45,774 nt of DNA from Alphaproteobacteria bacterium (GTDB taxonomy: Bacteria > Pseudomonadota > Alphaproteobacteria > RF32 > CAG-239), in contig JAFVEP010000036.1 of NCBI GenBank assembly GCA_017475935.1, forward strand, positions 1-45,774. Reading direction: 5' to 3'. This document shows, one piece after another, positions 38,512-45,774 of the stretch. Every line of letters begins with the position of its first letter. The first letter of the stretch is position 1. Below the pieces are notes generated by a model, which worked only from the letters and a program-made list of their open reading frames with translations, did not search any database and was not told the origin of the DNA. The translations under genes and the position numbers were made by a program.

Positions 38512-38760
38512 TTCAAGCTCCTCTCCAGCCCATTTAAGCTATCCTCGGCTATCCAATCAGCCCATTTAAGCTCCTCAACCTGCTCAAGATCTTCGGTTCG
38601 TTCAAGCTCCTCAGCCTGCTCAAGATCTTCGGTTCGTTCAAGCTCCTCAGCCTACCCAAGCTCCTCAAGCCTGCTCAAGATCTTCGGTTCGTTCAAGCTC
38701 CTCAGTCTACCCAAGCTCCTCAAGCCTATCCAAGCCTTTTAACCTGTCTAGGCCTCCTTT
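38512..38760 (-). repeat. Nested direct-repeat array in the tRNA-Leu to corA leader
   Basis: Three copies of cctgctcaagatcttcggttcgttcaagctcctca (38579, 38615, 38670); 55-bp duplication 38615-38669/38670-38724; two copies of cagcccatttaagct; seven copies of aagctcctc. Confidence 0.95.
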
Positions 38761-38785
38761 AAAGGTTTTAAAGTCGGTAATGAAA

Positions 38786-38871
38786 TGGTGCGGCCAAGAA
38801 GACTTGAACTTCCACGAGCTTAGCTCATAACGACCTCAACGTTACGCGTCTACCAATTCCGCCATGGCCGC
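38786..38871 (-). tRNA. tRNA-Leu(GAG)
   Basis: Cloverleaf GCGGCCA...TGGCCGC-A-CCA, anticodon loop TTGAGGT, long variable arm. Confidence 0.95.
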
Positions 38872-39032
38872 TCACATTTTCAAACACCATACAATTATTA
38901 TAAACTTTTTAATAAATCAAGAGTTTTTTTGCGATTATTGAATATTTTTAACAAATTTTTCAATGCTCGTGTTGACAATGCAAAGATCTTTTGCTACAAA
39001 AATGCTGTTTCAATTATAATTAATATATTATC

Positions 39033-39206
39033 ATGGAAAGATGTGGATGTGACTACTCGGAAGAGTTGATTGACGGCAATTACTATGAACGGTTTGCCTC
39101 GTCACCTCGCCGAAAAGATGAACGTATTGTACGTTCTGAACACAAGACGCCGCAGGAAAATGAGGAATATGTCGATCCGTTTATTTTACGCGGCGACAGT
39201 CTGTAA
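39033..39206 (+). CDS. Unannotated small protein, 57 aa
   Basis: MERCGCDYSEELIDGNYYERFASSPRRKDERIVRSEHKTPQENEEYVDPFILRGDSL; lies between a TTGACA-N17-TACAAA promoter (38972-39000) and a terminator. Confidence 0.55.
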   Translation: MERCGCDYSEELIDGNYYERFASSPRRKDERIVRSEHKTPQENEEYVDPFILRGDSL

Positions 39207-39208
39207 TC

Positions 39209-39240
39209 AAAATCCCGAACCATCAGGCTCGGGATTTTTT
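39209..39240. terminator. Bidirectional-type intrinsic terminator
   Basis: aaaatcccga-N10-tcgggatttttt, overlapping the amidase stop. Confidence 0.75.
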
Positions 39241-39954
39241 CGTATGCAGCCGATATTTAAAAGCACATGCGCGCAAAACAGGCATAAGCTCGCGCGGCAA
39301 AACAAAATCTCGCGGATAAATTTCCTCAATCAAACGGCGAATATTCATCTCGTCGGTGACAAATTGCGGCGCAAAATGCCGACAAAAGGCATATGAAGCC
39401 GCCGGCAGATCAGAAACATCGTAGCCGATTGCCGCAAGCAAAGAAGCAACATCTTCTTCATCAACTGCATGACTGTCCTTCATATCATACCATAATCCGA
39501 TTCCGCATTGGGCGAAATACGGCCAGGGAAAAGCTTTTCCGGGATCTGGTTTACGCCTCGGAGCAATATCGGAGTGCGCAACAATGTTGGTTTGCGGAAT
39601 TTGATAATGCTTAATAATTTGACGGCACAATTTAACCGTCTGTCTAATTTGCTTAGGGCTGTATTCGCTCTGTCCCATGGAAAGCGAACATAATTCAATA
39701 CCTATGGACGAATGGTTCAAATTGGTTTCACCGCGCCAATAACTTTCACCGGCATGCCAAGCGCGGAGCTTTTCCGAAACGAGCTGATATATTTTACCGT
39801 CCGGATCGACAATATAATGCGCGCTCAATTTATTTTCTTCCAAAACTCGGATCATATGCCGCGCATCATGCGCACTGCAATGCAAAACAAGCGTATTTAT
39901 TTTTTTTGTTCTCTCCCCGCAATAAGGCAAAAAATTTCGTATATACTTAGACAT
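39223..39954 (-). CDS. N-acetylmuramoyl-L-alanine amidase (Amidase_2, AmpD/AmiD-like)
   Basis: LVLHC, SAHY, RAWHAG, SIGIEL, HSDIAPRRKPDPG. Confidence 0.92.
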   Translation of the reverse strand: MSKYIRNFLPYCGERTKKINTLVLHCSAHDARHMIRVLEENKLSAHYIVDPDGKIYQLVSEKLRAWHAGESYWRGETNLNHSSIGIELCSLSMGQSEYSPKQIRQTVKLCRQIIKHYQIPQTNIVAHSDIAPRRKPDPGKAFPWPYFAQCGIGLWYDMKDSHAVDEEDVASLLAAIGYDVSDLPAASYAFCRHFAPQFVTDEMNIRRLIEEIYPRDFVLPRELMPVLRACAFKYRLHTKKSRA

Positions 39955-39957
39955 ACA

Positions 39958-40719
39958 TTACTCCTTTAATGTAATACATGAATACTGTGTCGGATAATCC
40001 AAAGGCGTTTGGATCAGATTTTGATGTGTATGCCACCGATAACTGAAGAAATGATTTTCCGGCGGATAAGTGTCTAAATTTAAGCGAGACACATTATCAA
40101 TCCCGAGGCTGTGAATTTTATCTTCGAGATATCCACTCAAATCAAATTGATAGCTATTAACATCATTAGGCAGGAAGTATTTTGCATTCAGATGGTCTAC
40201 CGCCATAAAAATCTGCCGCATATCTTCTTTGGCAGCAAAAGATTTTTGTTGCAAACAAGGACCAATGGCGGCAGCAATATGATGAACATCCGCACCGTGT
40301 TCCAGCATCAACGAAAGCACATTTTCCACCACACCTTTGAGTGCGCCGCGCCAACCGGCATGCGCCGCACCGATCACGCGGTTATGAGGATCTGCCAAAA
40401 GCACCGGCGCACAATCTGCTGTCTTAATTCCCAACAAAAGATCCGGATTGGTTGTCACCATGCCGTCAGCTTTTACTTCCAGCCACGAGGGAGAATCAAA
40501 AAACACGGCAACATTTGAAACGCTTTGCAAAACGCTGACCATATTTTTTCGCTGCATGGCAAAACGGCCGGCCACAATATCCATGTTACGCATGACATTA
40601 TCGGCCTGATCTCGGCTATTCACATTGGTATTCAAGGACGCGTATTTGCCGGCAGATACACCGCCTTCGGCATCAAAAAATCCGTGATTAAGTTCAATAT
40701 TTGATGCACGGTAGATCAT
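39958..40719 (-). CDS. pgeF: PgeF/YfiH (purine nucleoside phosphorylase / peptidoglycan editing factor) family protein
   Basis: HGFF...GGVS.G.YASLN, ADGMVT, TADCAPVL, AAHAGWRG, FFSYR. Confidence 0.9.
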   Translation of the reverse strand: MIYRASNIELNHGFFDAEGGVSAGKYASLNTNVNSRDQADNVMRNMDIVAGRFAMQRKNMVSVLQSVSNVAVFFDSPSWLEVKADGMVTTNPDLLLGIKTADCAPVLLADPHNRVIGAAHAGWRGALKGVVENVLSLMLEHGADVHHIAAAIGPCLQQKSFAAKEDMRQIFMAVDHLNAKYFLPNDVNSYQFDLSGYLEDKIHSLGIDNVSRLNLDTYPPENHFFSYRWHTHQNLIQTPLDYPTQYSCITLKE

Positions 40720-41912
40720 AGAAAACTTTTCCCATATTTCATAGGTTTAATATTATAAAATTCAGCTATTGTCTGAGCTATATCTGCATAAGTTGTTCTT
40801 TGGCCTATGTTTTCAGTCATAATCCTTCGGCCAAACAGAATAACCGGCACTTGTTCGCGCGTGTGATCCGTTCCCCGATAAGTCGGATCACAACCATGAT
40901 CTGCGGTAATAAACACAATGTCATCGTCATCAAGCAAGGCAACCAGTTCCGGCAGACGGGAATCAAAATATTCCAGCCCTTGAGCATAACCCTTGACATC
41001 ACGGCGATGGCCGTAAACCATATCAAAATCCACAAAATTTGTAAAAATCAACGAACCGGCAGCCGCATTTTTGACGGCATTTAAAGTCACGTCCCATAAC
41101 TCAGGCAGACCGGATGCTTTATATGCCTGATCAATGCCGGAGCGCGCATAAATATCGGCAATTTTTCCGACAGCTATCACCTGATGACCGGCTGTTGAGG
41201 CTTTATTCAAAATCGTTATTTCCGGCGGGTTCACCGAATAATCATGTCGGTTTTTTGTGCGGACAAATTGCCCTTTTTGCTCACCGACGAAAGGACGAGC
41301 AATAACGCGTGCAATATGATAAGGTTTAACCGCTTCAAAGGCTGTTTCGCACAATGCATACAAGCGATCAAGCCCGAAATAGGTTTCGTGACAAGCAATT
41401 TGCAAAACACTATCGGCGGAAGTATAGACAATCGGACGGAGTGTCCGTATATGTTCTTCACCGAGTTCATCCAGAATAGCCGTTCCCGAAGCCGCTTTAT
41501 TGCCCAAAATTCCCGACACCTTGCCTTGATGGCATATTTTTTCAACCAATTCCGCCGGAAAAGACGGATAATCGGGGTGAAAATAGCCCCATTCCGTCAG
41601 CACCGGCGTACCGGCCATTTCCCAGTGGCCGGAGGTTGTGTCTTTGCCCTTGCTGATCTCACACGCATGTCCGAATTTATGACCGATATTCAACGGCGAT
41701 TTTTTAAAAATATTCAAATCAAAATCAACACCGCCGGCTTCTTTTGCCAAAGTTTCCAATCCAAGGGCTTGCAGATGCGGCACATTCAGGCCATGCATTG
41801 TTTGCACGATATGGGCAAATGTATTCGCGCCCTGATCTCCGAAACGATCGGCATCCGGCGCCCCGCCGACGCCAAAAGAATCCATCATAAGAATAATCAC
41901 TTTACCTGACAT
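40716..41912 (-). CDS. deoB: Phosphopentomutase
   Basis: MDSFGVG, SKGKDTTSGHWE, YTSADSV, NFVDFD..YGHRRD, TADHGCDPT, DHTRE. Start set to ATG 41912. Confidence 0.96.
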   Translation of the reverse strand: MSGKVIILMMDSFGVGGAPDADRFGDQGANTFAHIVQTMHGLNVPHLQALGLETLAKEAGGVDFDLNIFKKSPLNIGHKFGHACEISKGKDTTSGHWEMAGTPVLTEWGYFHPDYPSFPAELVEKICHQGKVSGILGNKAASGTAILDELGEEHIRTLRPIVYTSADSVLQIACHETYFGLDRLYALCETAFEAVKPYHIARVIARPFVGEQKGQFVRTKNRHDYSVNPPEITILNKASTAGHQVIAVGKIADIYARSGIDQAYKASGLPELWDVTLNAVKNAAAGSLIFTNFVDFDMVYGHRRDVKGYAQGLEYFDSRLPELVALLDDDDIVFITADHGCDPTYRGTDHTREQVPVILFGRRIMTENIGQRTTYADIAQTIAEFYNIKPMKYGKSFL

Positions 41913-41979
41913 ATTCAATCCTTTCATATTTAAGGATATCATGCCACAGAGTAATTAAAATTCTATAAAGATTGTCCTC

Positions 41980-42246
41980 TTAATTCATACGTTGATAAGT
42001 CATTTGCTGAAGACTGATCTGTCCGGAGAGAAAATTTACATTTTCATCGGGAACTTCTTCACCGGCTGCTTTAAACACCTCTTCGGCAAAAGCTTTTTTG
42101 GCCAGATAGACCAGAAACAGCGGTCTTTCCAGTTTTAATTTTCCCATTGTTTCTTCCAGCGCTTCAAAGCTGTCGTAGATCGTGCCTGCAAAAATCAAAT
42201 TATCTTTTAAATCAACTTGCAAAGTTTTTACGGTTCTGCTTTTCAT
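41980..42246 (-). CDS. Hypothetical protein, 88 aa
   Basis: GAGGA RBS; no recognisable domain. Confidence 0.6.
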   Translation of the reverse strand: MKSRTVKTLQVDLKDNLIFAGTIYDSFEALEETMGKLKLERPLFLVYLAKKAFAEEVFKAAGEEVPDENVNFLSGQISLQQMTYQRMN

Positions 42247-42373
42247 TTTATCCTCTGTTAATCATGAACTCATCAAAGCAGATATAACTATTTTTCGGCT
42301 CATATAAATATAAAAACAAGATCATATTGACAAGTTTAAGCCTGTTTTCATGCAGAGTCGTCGGGGACGAACT

Positions 42374-42568
42374 TTACATTTTAAAATTTTTTTTCGGCGC
42401 CGTGCGATAAAATCTGACGGCATTGTGCGGCGTAACATAAACCCGATTGTTCCAGCCTTCGACCAGATCACTGATCATCATTTTGCGAGCAGCCACATCT
42501 GACGGCAAGTGTGCTTTTTGCGATAAATCGTAGAGTATAAAATTTGCGATATCTTTAGCCATCGGCAT
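42374..42568 (-). CDS. Hypothetical protein, 64 aa
   Basis: Strong AAGGAGG RBS. Confidence 0.6.
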   Translation of the reverse strand: MPMAKDIANFILYDLSQKAHLPSDVAARKMMISDLVEGWNNRVYVTPHNAVRFYRTAPKKNFKM

Positions 42569-42644
42569 ATCCTCCTTTTTCGGATATATACGCAGAGGGG
42601 GTAAAATTAAACAAAATATGAACTAAAGTCTATATTAAAAAACG

Positions 42645-42683
42645 AAAAAAACTCTTGACGCCAAGCGACTCAGCATCAAGAGC
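42645..42683 (-). terminator. Intrinsic terminator after the TerB-like gene
   Basis: Minus strand ctcttgatgctgag-tcg-cttggcgtcaagag followed by T7. Confidence 0.8.
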
Positions 42684-42704
42684 ATATTCTGAAAAGTTTT
42701 CCCC

Positions 42705-43145
42705 TTAGCAGCGAACCTCTTCTGTTTCCAAAAAATCACAAGCTTGCTGCAAAAAGGTTAATTCATCCAAAACAAAGTTATTCAGGATCAAAATAGTATC
42801 ATCACCGATATTCAAAAGACGCGCCACATTACGAATAATTAAAACTTCTTCATTGGCAATTTCGCCATCGATTGAAGCGGCAAACCACAGACAATGCACC
42901 AAATCAACGGCAATCGCGCGATCTTTAATCGGCTGCACGGCGGAAAACAAATCATCAATGCTTTTCGGAACATTTAAGCCAACCAGAACTGTCGGCGGCA
43001 ATTGAAAACGTGCGATTATTTTTTTGATAAAAGTCTGTTCAATAGAATCAGGATTATTATCCGATTTTGCCAAATAGATCAGCAACTTAATATAGACAAG
43101 CTTTTGTTCTTCAGTTAACGCCAGCGGATTATACAGATTAAGCAT
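42705..43145 (-). CDS. TerB/DjlA-N-like (tellurite resistance fold) protein
   Basis: Two helix-turn motifs LAKSDN...IE and AASIDGEIANEE..IIRNVARLLNI. Confidence 0.75.
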   Translation of the reverse strand: MLNLYNPLALTEEQKLVYIKLLIYLAKSDNNPDSIEQTFIKKIIARFQLPPTVLVGLNVPKSIDDLFSAVQPIKDRAIAVDLVHCLWFAASIDGEIANEEVLIIRNVARLLNIGDDTILILNNFVLDELTFLQQACDFLETEEVRC

Positions 43146-43329
43146 ATTTATTCTCCGATAAAAATAACGATATGTTTCTGATATAACATAATGGCTTAAA
43201 AGTCAAACAAATAAACCAAATTGTCACTTTTCTCCATACATGCATCCCAATGCATAAGGTTTCTTGAATTTAAAAATCTACAGAATTGTTACAATAATGT
43301 TAAAAAATCAGCCGTTTTGTATTTTTTTA

Positions 43330-43358
43330 TTGACCGACTAAGGTCTGAATAGTAGACT
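43330..43358 (+). promoter_or_regulatory. Sigma70-type promoter
   Basis: TTGACC-N17-TAGACT, with AGGAG RBS at 43381. Confidence 0.55.
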
Positions 43359-43393
43359 AAAGACAACGAATACATTTCATAGGAGAAAAAGCA

Positions 43394-44953
43394 ATGCCAA
43401 ATTCTATAGAGGATAAGATAACACAAATAGCAAATGATCATAGTGGTTATTTGATACGGTTTATGGCGACGCTTGGCAGAACAATATCAGAAGATGAAGT
43501 GGCTAACATAACCGAGATCATTAAAGATGAATATGCGAAATGGTCAAGAAGTTCTGATACTAACGATAAATTAAAAGCTACAGCCCTCGCCACATATCTC
43601 GGCATGCAAGCAAATGACTTAGCTGGGTACAAGGGGGATTTGGTACAGTATGTGGCCACATCTTCTCGATCCAGTCCGACAGATTCAAATGATACACAGT
43701 CTAATTCAAACGCTTCATCTCCTAATCCAGAAGAAACTACAACGCAGACACAGGAAGAGCTATCGACTTCGGAAGATCCAGCTACACCTACCGACAATGC
43801 CAATAATGATGCAACCGAATCAACGGAAAAAACTACACAATATCAGATGACAGAAGATTGGAGCAGAGCCACAAATACGTTAGAATATGTTGCCAACTCA
43901 ACGCCAACATATTTCTATGACTTTTTAAGCAGGTGTCCGGCCATCGATGATGAGCGCAGGCCATCTAAATGGATGAATTCTCGAGAGTTAAAAAATTATC
44001 TGCACAACACAAATTTTACGGAGGGTGAAAAAGAAGCCATTCTGAAATATGTTACCATTCAGTCTGCTCATACCAGACTGAATTGGAGCGACATCAGAGC
44101 ACGCGGAGGATCAGCAACTTCCTCACACAACCAGGCCGGTGCGGTTATTGCTGAATTACAGAAACAGCAGAGTGCTTCTGACAATACTCAACAAGATCAG
44201 CCTTCTGCATCTTCAAATTCTAGCGGTAATCTGTCTCAAGAACAGACAGAAAATGGTACCTCACAATCTCCTACCACGCCGTCTACGTCAACGCAAGCTC
44301 AGACTGAACAGAATACATCTCCTCAGCCGAAGCAACCGACATATCCTCATCTGCCGCAGAACTTGATCAGTGCAGTCACATATAACACTGAAGAGATGTA
44401 TAATTATTTTAGACGTCATTCTAAGAGTTGTGGCAACTTTAAGGAAGCTGATGTATTGGACACCGATGGTAAGCCTAATGCGGCCAAAATGCTTGGGTGG
44501 TTGGAAGATCATTATCCTTACTTCAAAGAAAGCCGTAAGCAAAAAATAGACAAAGCTTGCCGTAAACACGATCTGGATCATTACGTATATCCACCTCTTG
44601 AAGATGAAAGGTCGAGAACTCAGATCATTGGGTACATGAATAGGCATTATGAATCAAATATGGATAGTACTGCAGAGAGCGCTGCAGTCGCTGCGGCATA
44701 TCGGAAATTGACCGGCTCGCAGAGATCCGAGTTGGAACAAGTTGTCGAAGACCAAAGAAAACAAGGGAATACTGCCCTTTTCCGTCAATATGGCCACGCT
44801 ACCGGTGGCGAAAAATACGACCAAGAAAATACTGAGAAAGCCGGAAAGAAGCCTGATCAACAGAAGGAAGCTCAAGCAAAAAAACAGGCCAATCAAGGTT
44901 CACAAGAGCAGCCAAACCTATGGCAACGTCTTTTCAAATCTAAAAGCCGATAG
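43394..44953 (+). CDS. Hypothetical 519-aa protein: helical domains separated by S/T/Q/N-rich linkers
   Basis: Long ORF with RBS and promoter; C-terminal amphipathic/basic tail NLWQRLFKSKSR. Confidence 0.85.
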   Translation: MPNSIEDKITQIANDHSGYLIRFMATLGRTISEDEVANITEIIKDEYAKWSRSSDTNDKLKATALATYLGMQANDLAGYKGDLVQYVATSSRSSPTDSNDTQSNSNASSPNPEETTTQTQEELSTSEDPATPTDNANNDATESTEKTTQYQMTEDWSRATNTLEYVANSTPTYFYDFLSRCPAIDDERRPSKWMNSRELKNYLHNTNFTEGEKEAILKYVTIQSAHTRLNWSDIRARGGSATSSHNQAGAVIAELQKQQSASDNTQQDQPSASSNSSGNLSQEQTENGTSQSPTTPSTSTQAQTEQNTSPQPKQPTYPHLPQNLISAVTYNTEEMYNYFRRHSKSCGNFKEADVLDTDGKPNAAKMLGWLEDHYPYFKESRKQKIDKACRKHDLDHYVYPPLEDERSRTQIIGYMNRHYESNMDSTAESAAVAAAYRKLTGSQRSELEQVVEDQRKQGNTALFRQYGHATGGEKYDQENTEKAGKKPDQQKEAQAKKQANQGSQEQPNLWQRLFKSKSR

Positions 44954-45033
44954 CTGTTGGCATATCTTGGCACAAACCAATGCAAAGCATCTTTATATTC
45001 ACAATAAAGATGCTTTGTGTCCTTAAAACCAAC

Positions 45034-45097
45034 GTCATTTCTTGCGCGCAATGTATGTCATTTTTTATTGTCATTCATTTCGCGGTGCGGCGCATCA
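45034..45097. repeat. Second locus of the TTTTTTATTGTCAT / TTTCGCGGTGCGG repeat family
   Basis: gtcattttttattgtcattcatttcgcggtgcggcgc closely matches 685-720 (atcttttttattgtcatacttttcgcggtgcggtgc). Confidence 0.8.
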
Positions 45098-45319
45098 CCG
45101 AATCAAGAAATCTCATCTTTGTGCAGCGCTATATCTAAAAAACAAACGAAACCACTCTGGCATCATCGGCTCTGCAAGCGGAGGAAAAAATCAATCATGA
45201 GACACCCTATTCTGTTAGCTTACAAACTCCCCGAATAGAGATTTGAGATAAAATTTCGCAAAATTGAAAAAAAATGCTTGCATTTATCAAAAAATTGATA
45301 TATTAGTCTATTTCGTTAG

Positions 45320-45396
45320 GCGCCCGTAGCTTAATTGGATAGAGCATCTGACTACGGATCAGAAGGTTGTGAGTTCGAGTCCCGCCGGGCGCGCCA
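45320..45396 (+). tRNA. tRNA-Arg(ACG)
   Basis: Acceptor GCGCCCG/CGGGCGC-G-CCA, anticodon arm TCTGA-CTACGGA-TCAGA. Confidence 0.95.
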
Positions 45397-45400
45397 ATAG

Positions 45401-45424
45401 AAACTCCCTTCACGGGAGTTTTTT
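45401..45424 (+). terminator. Intrinsic terminator after tRNA-Arg
   Basis: aaactccc-ttcac-gggagtttttt. Confidence 0.85.
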
Positions 45425-45634
45425 GATATCTATAATGTAATGAAACTTCTCAATCATAAGTTCAATTCCACCTCCGAAATTTAGACTAGATTAGATATAA
45501 ATTTTAAAAACTGAAGTTAATATATTAAAAAAGTGATTAAAAATAAAAAAAGTTCTTGCAATCTCGTTTTTTTTGCAATATAAAACATCTCGTTGGTTAC
45601 TTACCACATTGAATTGAGATAAAGATTCTTTATT

Positions 45635-45709
45635 TGGGGCGTCGCCAAGTGGTAAGGCATCGGCTTTTGGTGCCGACATTCGTTGGTTCGAATCCAGCCG
45701 CCCCAGCCA
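45635..45709 (+). tRNA. tRNA-Gln(TTG)
   Basis: Acceptor TGGGGCG/CGCCCCA-G-CCA, anticodon arm TCGGC-TTTTGGT-GCCGA. Confidence 0.96.
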
Positions 45710-45715
45710 CAGTTC

Positions 45716-45742
45716 AAAAATCGTCAGAAATGGCGATTTTTT
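45716..45742 (+). terminator. Intrinsic terminator after tRNA-Gln
   Basis: aaaaatcgtca-gaaa-tggcgatttttt. Confidence 0.8.
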
Positions 45743-45774
45743 CTTTTTAAATCAATAACTTAGCTTGGTTCGAA

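Noticed and set aside
38512-38760. CRISPR array or prophage att site next to tRNA-Leu
   Set aside because: The units are tandem and nested with no unique spacers. No duplicated tRNA 3' end and no integrase were seen.
39070-39396. 108-aa ORF in the ORF track
   Set aside because: It runs through a terminator and overlaps the amidase antisense. The 39033-39206 frame fits the promoter and terminator better.
41244-41909. 221-aa ORF antisense to deoB
   Set aside because: It lies entirely within a well-supported gene on the opposite strand and has no motifs.
45491-45679. 62-aa ORF on the minus strand
   Set aside because: It overlaps tRNA-Gln and its AT-rich promoter region.

Overview
A 45.8 kb, gene-dense, moderately AT-rich chromosomal window. 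Protein motifs and gene orders point to an alphaproteobacterium: ihfB-lapA-accD, lspA-DUF3035-M16-M16-mutL, EIIA-HPr, yebC-ruvC, a DivL-like PAS protein and RpoH-type promoters. It is plausibly a host/gut-associated, reduced-genome lineage (inference). Most genes are housekeeping: gap, pgk, pgi, clpB, ftsH, mutL, accD, nagAB, deoB, corA and three tRNAs (Leu-GAG, Arg-ACG, Gln-TTG). No transposase, integrase, phage gene or cas gene is visible. The unusual parts are: (1) a ~250-nt nested repeat array between tRNA-Leu and corA, with seven copies of the corA Shine-Dalgarno word and overlapping repeated mini-ORFs (NEPKILSRLRSL), a candidate Mg2+-responsive leader; (2) a dispersed ~40-bp repeat family found as a four-unit array at ~580-735 and again at ~45035-45097; (3) truncated or degenerate versions of conserved regulators: a PAS-only DivL, a single-domain pseudo-DEAD-box protein and an unannotated 57-aa protein resembling an isolated XRE C-terminal domain; (4) self-contained ORFan cassettes with their own promoter, structured leader and terminator; (5) apparent xenologous metabolic genes (Bacteroidales-type gap, spirochaete-type nagAB) and absence of pyrF-trpFBA from the ihfB-accD locus. 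All family assignments come from recalled motifs; no database search was run.
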